From: Raillietiella orientalis
Lineage: Eukaryota
Direction: 5' to 3'
DNA length: 20,000 nt
NCBI GenBank assembly: GCA_036172245.1
Contig: JAYWIR010000070.1
Location: 420,529 to 440,528 of the forward strand
Shown here piece by piece: positions 9,783-19,500 of the stretch. A program made the translations under genes and the position numbers. The number at the start of each line of letters is the position of its first letter. Position 1 is the stretch's first letter. Under the pieces are notes generated by a model. That model was given only the letters and a program-made list of their open reading frames with translations, did not search any database and was not told where the DNA came from.

Positions 9783-9787
9783 CAGCA

Positions 9788-12700
9788 ATGCGCGGTCTCG
9801 CTTCTTCCCGTCGCGTCCGAGTGGCCTGTTGGAACGTCAACGGGCTGCAGGACAACGAGAAGAGGCGATTGGTTGCCAACGTCTTGCGCGACTTCGATCT
9901 GGCCCTGCTGCAGGAGATTCACGCACTCTCCGAGCAGCAAGCGGCCGATCTGCAAGTTCGCGCAGGCGGGACGCTCCATTGGAGGTCAGGCTCCCAGAAT
10001 ACCTGCGGAGTCGCATTCCTTGTCCGGGGCAGGGTGGCGGGAGCGGTGCGGAGCGTTTGTTTCGACGAGGAAGGTCGTGTGGGCCAACTTGTTCTCAAGT
10101 GGTCCGAATCGATCAACCTTGTCGTCACGAACGTGTACGCGCCGAGCGGCTCCGCGCGTCACACCGAGAAACTGGAGTTTTTCGAGAGACTGCGCGACCG
10201 CTGGCTCAGCAACTCCGGCCCCGACGTGGCTCACCTCGTAGCCGGGGACTTCAACGTCCACGCGCTATCGGAGGAGTCTCACCGTCGCCGGGAGAAACGG
10301 CTGGTGAACGAGGTGTGCGCGTCGGTGCACGCCTCGAATTTGCTGGCCGACGATCCCGGAATGCGTGCTTTGCCGGACCATGTGTTCCTCGACGATCACC
10401 TGCATTGCCGGGTGGGTCGAAGAGGTCCCGTGCCGTCCGAGCTTTCCGACCACTACAGGCTGGAGTTTGAGCTACTCCCGTCTGGCAAGGGCCCACCGAC
10501 GAACGTCTGGAGGTTGCCGGCCGACTGGTTGAGAAATCCGGTGGCTGCGGAGCACCTCCGCCAGCATCTTCGGACCTTTGCCGTTCGAGAGCTCGTGGAC
10601 TGGGACGATCTGAAAAGATCGGTCCGCGAGTTCTGCAGCCGGTTCCCCTTGCGCCTGCTTCACCGTGGCTTCGAAGAAGGCGTGGCCAACAGCAGAGAGT
10701 TTCTGCAGGCCCGCCAATTCTTCCGATGCCCGGACGTCCGGTACCTTGCGGAGTACAAGGCCAAGGCCGAGCGCCAGGTCTAGCAGTCAGGAGTAGCTTG
10801 TCTGCTCGACGACCAGGGCCTGGAGTGCTCGGGCGCGGCCGAAGTTCGCCGCCTCCTAAAGCGCTATTACTCCTTGTTGTACGCTAGGAAGCCGACGGAA
10901 CGCAGTCTCTCGGAGCTGCTTCTGCCGGCGGATTCCCCGGCGGTCGACGAGGAGGAACGCGCCACTCTTGACTTGCCCTTCACGGCGGAAGAAGTGTCTT
11001 CCGCCATAGCGGGCCTCAAGAAGCGCAAGGCGCCAGGTGAGGATGGTCTGCCTGCGGAGTTCTTCCAGTGCTTCGCGGCGGAACTCATCCCTTTGGTACT
11101 GAGGCTTTCTGCGCTGATGCGAGAGACGGGCAATGTCCCGGCCTCGTTTCGCTCAGCAAGGGTGCGTCTGTTGCCGAAAGGCGGAGACATGCGCCATTGA
11201 AGCAACTGGCGTCCCATCACCTTGGTGAATGCGGACGTCAAGTTGTTCTCCAGGCTGTGGGTCGCGCGCCTGGGCAGGATCGCTGGATCCGTGGTAAGTC
11301 CGGAGCAGTCTTACGCTGTTCCCGGGCGGTCCATGGAGGCGAACCTGTTCTTCGCGCGCACGTGGCTCGAACTGCAACGCTGCGTGGCGCACGACAGCCA
11401 GGCAACCGCGTCTGCGGCTGCCGAGGCTAGGCGTAGCTGCATTCGGCCTGGGGAAGCGCCGGGTGCCTTGGCGGTCGCGGTCGATCTCCGCAAGGCGTTC
11501 GATTGCGTAAATCAGGATCTCCTGCTGGAGCTCCTGGAACGCCTCGGTCTCCCGGTGCACCTCGTGGCGTATTTGCGCGCTTGCTGGCGCCACGCGCTCA
11601 TTTCCATCTCTTTTAGCGGCTGCCACGTGTACGGCGTGCCGGTGCGGCGGGACATCAGGCAGGGCGACAGCTTAAGCCCGTTGCTCTTCAGCATCTTCTT
11701 TGAGTTGGTGCTGAGGGCGTACAGGCTGACGCTGGCCAACCTGCCGAGCTCTTGTCCAGGAACGCCGTCCGTGGCGGCCTATGCTGACGACCTGCTCCTC
11801 CTCTTACCCATGACCACCCCGGCATCCAGTCTCGAGGAGTTCTTCGAGCTGATTCGCCGGGGAGCGGGCATGAGCGTAAACCGGAGCAAGAGCGTGGTCG
11901 TACCTATTGGTGCGGCGTGGGAGGGGCAGTCCGACTGGATCCGCCTGGGGATCCCGACCGCTTCCTCCGTGCAATATCTGGGCGCTTCGCTGGGGAACAT
12001 CAGCCCAATGGAAGTGTGGTCGGACTGCCTTCGGAAGGCTTCGAATGCCCTGAGCCCGTTCCACCATGGCAGGTTCGTCCTGCCGGAGCGGGCCACGATA
12101 TGGAACACATTCGTTGCCCCTCTCTTGCGCCCCCAGCTTTTTGTTTGCCCGCCCCCCTACTCGGCCAAGCTCCAGGCGCACAGCCTGTTAAGGAACGCTC
12201 TTTGGGGACCTGCGAGGTCCAGGATCCGCCTCAAAGACTTGGCGGCTCCGCGTCGGGATGCTGGCTTAGGCATCCTGACGCTGGAGAGAATCGAGCTGCA
12301 GGTGCAGCTTCGGATGTTGGCCCTGTGCGCCAACCTTTGGTCCACTCCGTGGTGCGCTCCCGCGCGCCTGCTTCTGCGGCGCTGCACAGGCAGCGATGGA
12401 CTTCTGTCGCTGCGGCCGCACACGGAGCGCGCCACGAGAAGCTTCGGTTCCCCCTTGAAACCGCTGTATCGGCTCCTGGAAGCCCAGGGATGGATCTCCT
12501 GCCGCCCAACGAACTTTCAAGCCTGGCGGCAGGAACCGTTGCATGGCTGGGCAAAGCACCAGGATGTTTCCCTCCTGGAACTCCGTTGCGCTCACCTCTC
12601 CCCGTATTGCACGGTGGATGAGGTGTGCAACAGCCAGGAGAAGTGGACCCGCCTGGCCGTCACCCCCCTCGAAGACGCACTGTCAGCCCTCAGGGCAAGA

Positions 12701-13350
12701 GATGACAGTTGCGAACCGGCGAGATGGGAGGTCGCCTGCACCATCGCAGGAACAACGCGACCTATTGGCGGCTGGAAGACTTGCGAGCTGGCGGACGCCG
12801 CCACGCCTCGCCACGTTCCGAAGGGACTCCTTCGGTGGAGCGAACACTTAAGTGTGCCCCCCGAAGAACTTGTGGTCCCTCCCTCTTGTCTGAACACTTC
12901 TGTGTTCCCCCTTTCGTGGAAGCAGGATGTGATTATGCTGGTGCATTGGGGTTTTCACTCCAACCAGCGCACGAACCTTGTTTCCGGGGGAGTCGTCTCC
13001 CCAAACTGTAAGCGGTGCGGGGAAGTGGAAACGCTCTCGCACCTGCTCCTGGACTGTGGTGCCCTTCTAGGACTCTGGCGGAGGCTGGCCTCAGCTCTCC
13101 TGCACCAGGGGGACACCGCGAGGGAGTTGATGCGCCGCTTCTTCACGCCAGGCGGCCTGTCATTGGGTGCTGTCGTTGCAACCGTGTGTTGCACCCGCGC
13201 CATCGCAAGGCCCACCGAGAGTTGGAGAAGCTGGCCATCCTTCGTCAGCCCACCGGATTAGCCAGCGCAAACATGTCGTCGGCTGCCCAGTGGGCCCATC
13301 TGCCACAGGGCGTAAGGAGAGAGATCGCCGGCATCCATCGCCGGTTTTGA
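9788..13350 (+). pseudogene. E4 ORF2: APE endonuclease, reverse transcriptase, C-terminal CCHC; three lesions
   Basis: One frame with TAG at 10781..10783 and TGA at 11198..11200. YADD at 11780..11791; CKRC...HLLLDC. Frameshift near 13205, after which AAQWAHL...EIAGI matches the E3 and E5 C-termini. Alternative ATG at 9773. Confidence 0.92.
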
Positions 13351-13578
13351 AAGGAAGGAACGGATTTACCAAAGACCCCTGTCCCCTGCCCTCCAGATTT
13401 TTCTTTTATTTTTTTATATAGTAGTGTGTTTGTGGTCCCTTCCCTCCCGTTCCGGACTTTCGGCATACCGACCTGCGTGTCGGGGATCCCACCCCCTTCG
13501 TCTCTTGTTTTCCCCTTTGTCCGGGAACCCTGTTCCCGGATAGTTTATAATAAACGCCCCGGCGCACCCGGGTGACAA
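13351..13578 (+). terminator. E4 3' UTR: T-rich tract, perfect 9-bp hairpin, AATAAA plus terminal hairpin
   Basis: TCCGGGAAC-CCT-GTTCCCGGA at 13520..13540; AATAAA at 13549..13554; CGCCCCGGCGCACCCGGGTG at 13555..13574; ACAA and then the TSD. Confidence 0.72.
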
Positions 13579-13591
13579 ACAGTCGACCCCC
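13579..13591 (+). repeat. Target-site duplication of E4, right copy
   Basis: ACAGTCGACCCCC, identical to 7742..7754. Confidence 0.93.
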
Positions 13592-13768
13592 CGCGATCGC
13601 CTCGATCTCCTGGACGTCTGCCGAGGTGATCACGTGGATCTCCTGCAGCAGGGCCAGGTCGAAGTCACGCAGGGTGTCGGCCGTATCTCGTCTGTTGCCG
13701 TCGTCGCGCAGCCCGTTGACGTTCCAACTGGCCACGCGGATTCGACGGCGACAGGCGAGCCCAGGTGT
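13579..13768 (-). pseudogene. E3 ORF2 N-terminus (endonuclease WNVNG...LQE); start codon position reads ACA
   Basis: TPGLACRRRIRVASWNVNGLRDD...LLQEIH...IAGGRL aligns with E2 MPGIASPRRLLITCWNVNG. Confidence 0.88.
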
Positions 13769-15519
13769 TATTCCTGGGAAATCGGCTGTGCGGCGTCCGC
13801 CATCTGTTGGGGCGGGACGCTAGGTGGAGGAGGAGGGACAGGTGCCTCTAGCACCTGGTCACCCTATTCCATCGGTGACGGCGCGTCGGGCGGGTCACCC
13901 TCCGGTGGGGTCGCGCCTACCTGCTGGCCCTTCTCCATAGGGGTGGGCTCCTCAGGGTCCGCGACGACAGGGGGGATTTCGACCCCCTGCTCACCCTCCT
14001 TCATGGGGGTGTCGTGCTCGACGGCTTCCGCGCGTGGGAGCTCCCCCTCCGGGATTCCCACGCTGCCGGCGACTTCCTGCTTCTCCTCCTCGCTCGTGGA
14101 GGGGAGGCGCTTCCTCTGCTTTTGGGAGTTGCGTCCCGTCTTCCGGGTGGGTGCCTCCGAGGAGGAGGATGCACTTCCGGCCCCCAGTTCTAACTCACCT
14201 GCGGGGGCCTTCTTTACTGGAGCCGGGCTTCGCACGGCCTTGCGCGAGGGGTTCTCACGCTCAGCCAGCGTGGCTGCGAGCTCCTCCGCCGCCTTCGCGA
14301 AGGCGGCGTCCTCGCCGGCGGCGAGCGCGTCGCGCGTCTTACCCTCTGTGCAAACAGAGGGTTCGACGTCGCGAACCTCGGGCGCGGCGGAAAAGGCGAG
14401 GGGAGGCTCGTCGCTCCGGGTGGCAGCCTCGGGAACGCTGATGCGCTCCAGTGCTACCGAGCACTCGCGGAGAGTTTGAGATCGCGGACCAGGTTTTTTC
14501 GCCTTCGCGACCGTGTTTTTCTCCGCCTTTTCTTGTGAACCCTTTTTGGGTTCTTTTGTGGCCTTTACCAGCTTCCATCCTTCTTCCTCGCCCGCGTCTT
14601 TCGCTGTTTTTTCCGCCGCCGCCTGGGTTGGAGGAGGAGGAGAAGGCTGCTGGGGCCGGCCATTCTCGCGATGAGGTCTTTCGACCTTATTCATCTTTTT
14701 CGCCTGTGCCTTTTTAACAGCAGGTGGCACAGGGGTGGGGCGTTTAGGGCACACATGACGGACGTGTCCCTTTTCCCCGCACAAGTGGCACTCGATATTC
14801 GGGCACCGCATGCGCACATGCCGTACTGCATCGCAGTAGCCACAATAGCGGGGTTTTCCCACGTACCAGAGGTCGACGGGCTTCTTCCCGACCTCCAGTT
14901 TGTGGGGTAACCCAGCACCCTCGTTCACAGTGACACGCGCTGCTGCCTGGCCACCAAAGAGGCTGTTATAGCTATCAAAAATGGTTGGCTTAGGCCACAG
15001 CGCGTGCACATCTCCGTATTTCCTCTATTCCGCGTTCACCGCAGAGCGCGTCATGCGGTTCGTGATCCCCGTTAGATGGACCACTACGGAGCGGTCCATG
15101 CTAACGGATAGGATCTTTCGGCCAGCCACATTCAGCGGGGTGTTGATGAGGCGCTGCGCTAGGGCTACGTCTTTGCAGACGACCTCCACGCGTTGCCCCC
15201 CGCTGAGTACGGCGAGGCCGTCAAGATCCTCCTCACGCACGGGGAATTCCTGTAGTGCCTTGCTAAAGGCACGCGCGGTGCGACCGTCGAACAGGTTTCC
15301 CACCTTATAAACCAGGGATGGTTTATATCCGGAGGCCCTGTAGGCCGCTTGCTCAGCCAAGGTTTCCGCGCTCGGCGCGGCGACCATGGCGCTCCAGCTC
15401 CTCGTCTTGGGCGACGAGGGCGATTCCGGGGCGGGTGCCCCTGATTCTGTAGGTCGTGGGAGGGGGCTAGCCTCCCTCACGCCTACCTCCATCGTGGTGT
15501 CCTCTGGCAGCGATGCCAT
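13768..15519 (-). pseudogene. E3 ORF1 with two CCHC knuckles and two in-frame stops
   Basis: ATG at 15519. TAG at 15025..15027 and 13864..13866 in the same frame. Natural end AQPISQE* resembles E2 ATPLSQP*. CGYCDAVRHVRMRC and CHLCGEKGHVRHVC. Confidence 0.88.
13850..14012 (-). repeat. Degenerate 66-bp (22-aa) tandem repeat in the E3 ORF1 C-terminus
   Basis: TPMKEGEQGV / TPMEKGQQV / SPME*GDQV, with ATGs at 14004, 13938 and 13872, exactly 66 nt apart. Confidence 0.75.
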
Positions 15520-15583
15520 CGGACACCAACGATGTGAAAAAGCACACACTGAACCAAAAAGCCGCTTTCCGCTGCTCGTTCGC

Positions 15584-15606
15584 GGAGCGCCGGAAAAACA
15601 CGTCCG
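15584..15606 (-). promoter_or_regulatory. Conserved 5'-terminal motif CGGACGTG-N10-GCTCC
   Basis: Starts at +11 from the TSD-defined E3 5' end (15616). Confidence 0.55.
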
Positions 15607-15616
15607 CTCTCGAGGA

Positions 15617-15628
15617 GAGGGAGTTGGG
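15617..15628 (+). repeat. Target-site duplication of E3, right copy GAGGGAGTTGGG
   Basis: 11/12 match to 4107..4118. Confidence 0.8.
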
Positions 15629-16351
15629 AAGGGGGCTCATAACGAAAAAGCTTATCTATAGGAACGTCGTAACGCGAGAACCATCAACTTCCGTCGCCTG
15701 GCCGACTACAAAGCCGAGGCTGAGAGCCAAGCTTGGAAGTCCGGACCACACACCCTGCTGGACAGCCAGGACCGCAAACACTCGTCCCCGTCAGCGATTC
15801 GACACATGGTGAGAAAATTTTATTCCTTTCTATATGCCAGGTCTCCTCTCAAGCAGGACGCCTCGCGACTGTTGCTCCCGGAAGGAGCCCCGGTCATAGG
15901 GGAGGAAAAGAAAGAATGCCTCGACGAGCCATTTGAAAACGATGAAATCGTCACCGCGATGAAAGGGCTAAAGAAAAGAAAGGCACCAGGAGAGAAAGGC
16001 TTGCCCGCGGAGTTTTCTCAAGGCTTCGCGGCAGAGTTAACCCCTTTGGTGCACAGATTGACACAGCTGATCCTGGAAGAAGGCGATGTTCCCGCCTCGT
16101 TCCGGTCAGCTAGGATGAGGCTCCTTCCTAAGGGAGGAGACCTCCTTAAGCAGACATACGCTGTTCCTAGGCGAAGTATGGAGGCTCACATGTTCCTCGC
16201 CAGCACATGGTTCTATACGCAAAAAGAAAGTAAAGAACGCAAGGGATCTCTCGGTTACCTCCATTTAAGAGTGACAGCTGGTCAGAATGGGAAAAGCCTA
16301 GCGGGTAAAGGTGCCCTAGCGATCGCAGTCGATCTTCATAAAGCGTTCGAT
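15617..16351 (+). pseudogene. E2 ORF2 middle part (linker to RT motif DLHKAFD), interrupted by E5
   Basis: KGAHNEKAYL*...KKRKAPGEKGLP...LLPKGGDL^QTYAVP...VDLHKAFD. TAG at 15659..15661 and a ~108-nt in-frame deletion near 16145. Confidence 0.87.
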
Positions 16352-16568
16352 TTTCACCAGGATTTCGCCAGGGCGTTAATTGTTTAATAAACCTCTACAA
16401 AGACGTGCAATCGCTGGACCATTGCTCCAGCCACGAAGGAAGAAACACAGAGCCTGCCGGGTCACCGGTTCGCAGATCGGTACGGTCCACCACGGCAGCA
16501 AGAGGAAGGAGGAAAAACAAGAAACAAAACAAAAACGAAAACAAAAGTTACGAGGGTAAGGAAAGGGA
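16352..16568 (-). terminator. E5 3' UTR with T-rich tract, stem-loops, AATTAA plus terminal hairpin
   Basis: Element sense ends AATTAA-CGCCCTGGCGAAATCCTGGTG followed by only 2-4 A. Confidence 0.68.
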
Positions 16569-19500
16569 TCACAGTTGCTGGTGGGGCCTTTGCATCCTTT
16601 GCAGGATGCCGGCAAGCTCCTTCTGTATTCCTGGATCCAGGTGGGGCCATCGAGACGCCCTCCTTAGGAACTCGAAGGCTGGCTGGATGGCACCCTGGTG
16701 GCATTGTCCTCCCGTAGCCTTGCTCTAGGCGCTGACGATCCGGCGTAGGCAGCACAAAGCTGCTAACGAGGCCGCAGGCCGAAGGGCGTCGGCAACGAAG
16801 AGGGCTTTCAGAGCGTCCCTGGGGTTGCCGCAGGGGATTCCGATGCCCGCGGCAAAGCCGAACCAAAGGGGTCGAAGGGCAACACAATCCACTAGAAGGT
16901 GGGGGAGGGACTCCCGTTCCCCGCACCTTACACAATTGGGATCCACCGCTCCCCAGGTCCAGTGGTGTCGACGAACGTTGCAGGGGAGTACCCAGTGCTG
17001 AAACAGGAATGCCGACTCTTGCCATTTTAAGAAGAGGGTGGAGGTGTTCATTAGTACCGGGGGCTACTTCAAACCATCAATGGGAACGTCGAGCAGCAAG
17101 CCACAGCATAGAAGTCCATGGGAAGGCGTACTAGGGGTGGCAGCGAAAGTCAGCTGACCTTTCTTCCACTATCCTATCTACTTCTCCTTCCCGAAGATTG
17201 TTACTGTAACCTCCCACTTCGCCGAAACATCGCTGTCCAGATCTTCCATTAGGGAGGGCAGCGCAGCAGCGAGGGGGTTCTTCCTGCCCACGCTCTTTTC
17301 TTTGGATCCGCCAGGATGTCGCAGAGCGTGCAACTTCTGTAACCCGCAAACAGGAACCTTCGTTCCTGTTGGGAGGGTTGCATGCCGAACTGTCCCCACG
17401 TTCGAACGGTTTCCTGCAACCAGGCACTACCGTTCAAAGGGCGACAGGTGACCAATCCTGGGTTTTCCCGGTACAGCGCAGCCACCCTCCGTAGCTGGAG
17501 TCCGCATCGGTTGACGCGACGATGGAGTAGAAGAAACGACGTCAGTCCCGTCTTGCCAGTGGCTTGCTGGAGAAGGAGACGTGCAGGGACGCACCAACAG
17601 GTGTACCACAACTCTGGAACCAGTGCCGAAATTCGGAACTGGAGCTGAAGCTTCAGCCGCTCCAGCGTCAGGAGGCTTAGACCACCGTCCTGACGAGGAG
17701 CACACAAGTCCTTTAAGCGGACTCGGGCCCTCCTGTTGCCCCAAAGGGCGATACGAAAGATGTCCTTCGTCCGATTTTTAATTCTCTCTGTGGGGGCAAA
17801 CAAAAAGCAGCAAGCGGAGGAGAGGAGCCGCGAACGTGTTCCAAACTGCGGCCCGTTCAGGCAGGGAAAACCTGCTGCCTCGGAACGAACCGATCGCCGT
17901 CTCGACTTTTTGGAGGGAGCCCGACCACACTTCCGCAGGGGAGTAGTCCCCCAACGGCAGACCAATGTTTTTGAAGTACGTCACCGTGGAGATCCCCAAA
18001 CGGACCCAGTCCTGCTTCCCTGCCCACGCCGCACCGAATGGCAATACGGACGACTTCTCCCTGTTCACCGTAAGTCCGGTTCCCCGATGCAGCAGGTCCA
18101 ACAATTCCTCGACCGATGCAGCCGGGATGGACATAGGGAGCAGCAGCAGAAGGTCGTGCGCGTACGCTAAAACGGCCGGCGTATCGGCACAGTCGTGCGG
18201 CAGGTGCGTCAGAGTCTCCCTGTACGTTCTCAGTACCAACTCAAAGTAGGTGCTGAAGAGGAAGGGGAACAGACTGTCTCCCTGCCGGATCCCACGCCGC
18301 ACCGGCACGTCGTGCACAATCTGCCCGCTGAAAGAAACGTTGATTAGCGCGTCGCGCCAGCAGGAGCGCACATAGGCCACTAATAAGGCCAGGAAGCCAA
18401 GCGTTCCAGAATCTCCAGAAGGAGATTCTGGTCGACGCAATCGAATGCTTTCCGCAAGTCGATTGCGACCGCAAGGGCTGCCTCTCCCACCCGACCATCC
18501 AATCCCTTGCCGGCGCACGCACGGGAATTCCGGCTGCGCACCAAGCTTCTTTCATGTTGGAGCTCGAACCAGGTGGAAGCGTGGAACAGCTTCGCCTCCA
18601 TGCTTCGCCCGGGAACAGCATATGACTGTTTCCGGCTTCAGAAGATGTTGGCAACCCGTCCTAGACGCTCTGCCAAAAGCTTAGTCAGCAGCTTGACGTC
18701 CGCATTCACTACTGTGATAAGACGTCAGTTGTTCATGCTCCTCAGATCTCCTCCCTTAGGGAGAAGCCGCACCTTTGCCGAACGAAACGAGGCGAGAACG
18801 TCACCTGTCTCGCGTATCAGCAAGGTGAGTTGCTGTACCAAGGAAGAAAGGTCAGCCGCGAAAGTTTGGTAAAACTCCGCGGGCAGGCCGTCCTCCCTTG
18901 GAGCCTTTCGCTTCTTGAGTTTTACGATGGCCGAGAGGATCTCGTCCATCGTGAAAGGCTCGTCGAGGGTCTTTCTCTCCTTCTCCCGATCGCTGGAGAG
19001 CCTACCGGAATCATAGGTCGTGAGACGTTCCTCTCGAAAGGTGCCCTAGCATACAGGGAGGAGTAGTAACTTCGCAGCATGCCGCGGATTTAAGCAAGTG
19101 CCGAGTGCTCCTGGCCCTCATCGTCCTGCAAGCTTGCCGATCCGGACTGCCAGGCTTGCCTCTCGGCTCCCGCTTTGTATTCCGCCAGCCTGCGGATGTC
19201 GGGGGTCCTGACGAAACGACGGGCCTGCAGGTAGGCTTGTTCGATACGAACCGCGGTCCAAAAACCCGTAGATAGGCGGTGCAGAGGGAACTGTTCGCAG
19301 AACTCCTGGACCGACCGCTTGAAGCGGTCCCAATCCTGGAGTGTCCGCAGCCTGAAGTTCCGTATGAACGTGCGGAGATGCTCCGCCGCGTTCGGAAGCT
19401 TCAGCCAGTTTCCTGGGAGACGCCACGCCGACAAGGGGGGGCCCCTGTCGCGCGGATGGATCTCGACGACTAGCGGGCGATGGTCGGACAGCTCGCACGG

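Larger units (their letters stand above)
7755..13578 (+). mobile_element. E4: full-length 5824-bp L1/Tx1-like LINE, innermost copy, antisense inside the E3 endonuclease
   Basis: 5' motif, ORF1, ORF2, 3' UTR and terminal motif, all bounded by an exact 13-bp TSD. Confidence 0.95.
13579..15616 (-). mobile_element. E3 5' part: 5' UTR, ORF1 and first ~60 codons of ORF2
   Basis: Joins the 4119..7754 segment through the E4 TSD. Reconstructed E3 is about 5.66 kb. Confidence 0.92.

Noticed and set aside
8726..9979. Long antisense ORFs (417 aa here; also 2090..2893, 13634..14479, 4796..5557, 5365..6027)
   Set aside because: Shadow frames of GC-rich coding sequence with no recognisable motifs.
4107..16352. 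Insertion into a tRNA, U2, 5S or microsatellite target as in other Tx1 families
   Set aside because: All junction flanks translate as ORF2 of a sibling element. I see no RNA gene or simple repeat.
10781..16727. Recurrent in-frame TAG codons suggesting stop-codon reassignment or readthrough
   Set aside because: They align to different residues in sibling copies (W, L, Q, K/E), TAA and TGA stops and frameshifts also occur, and positions are not shared. This is ordinary decay.
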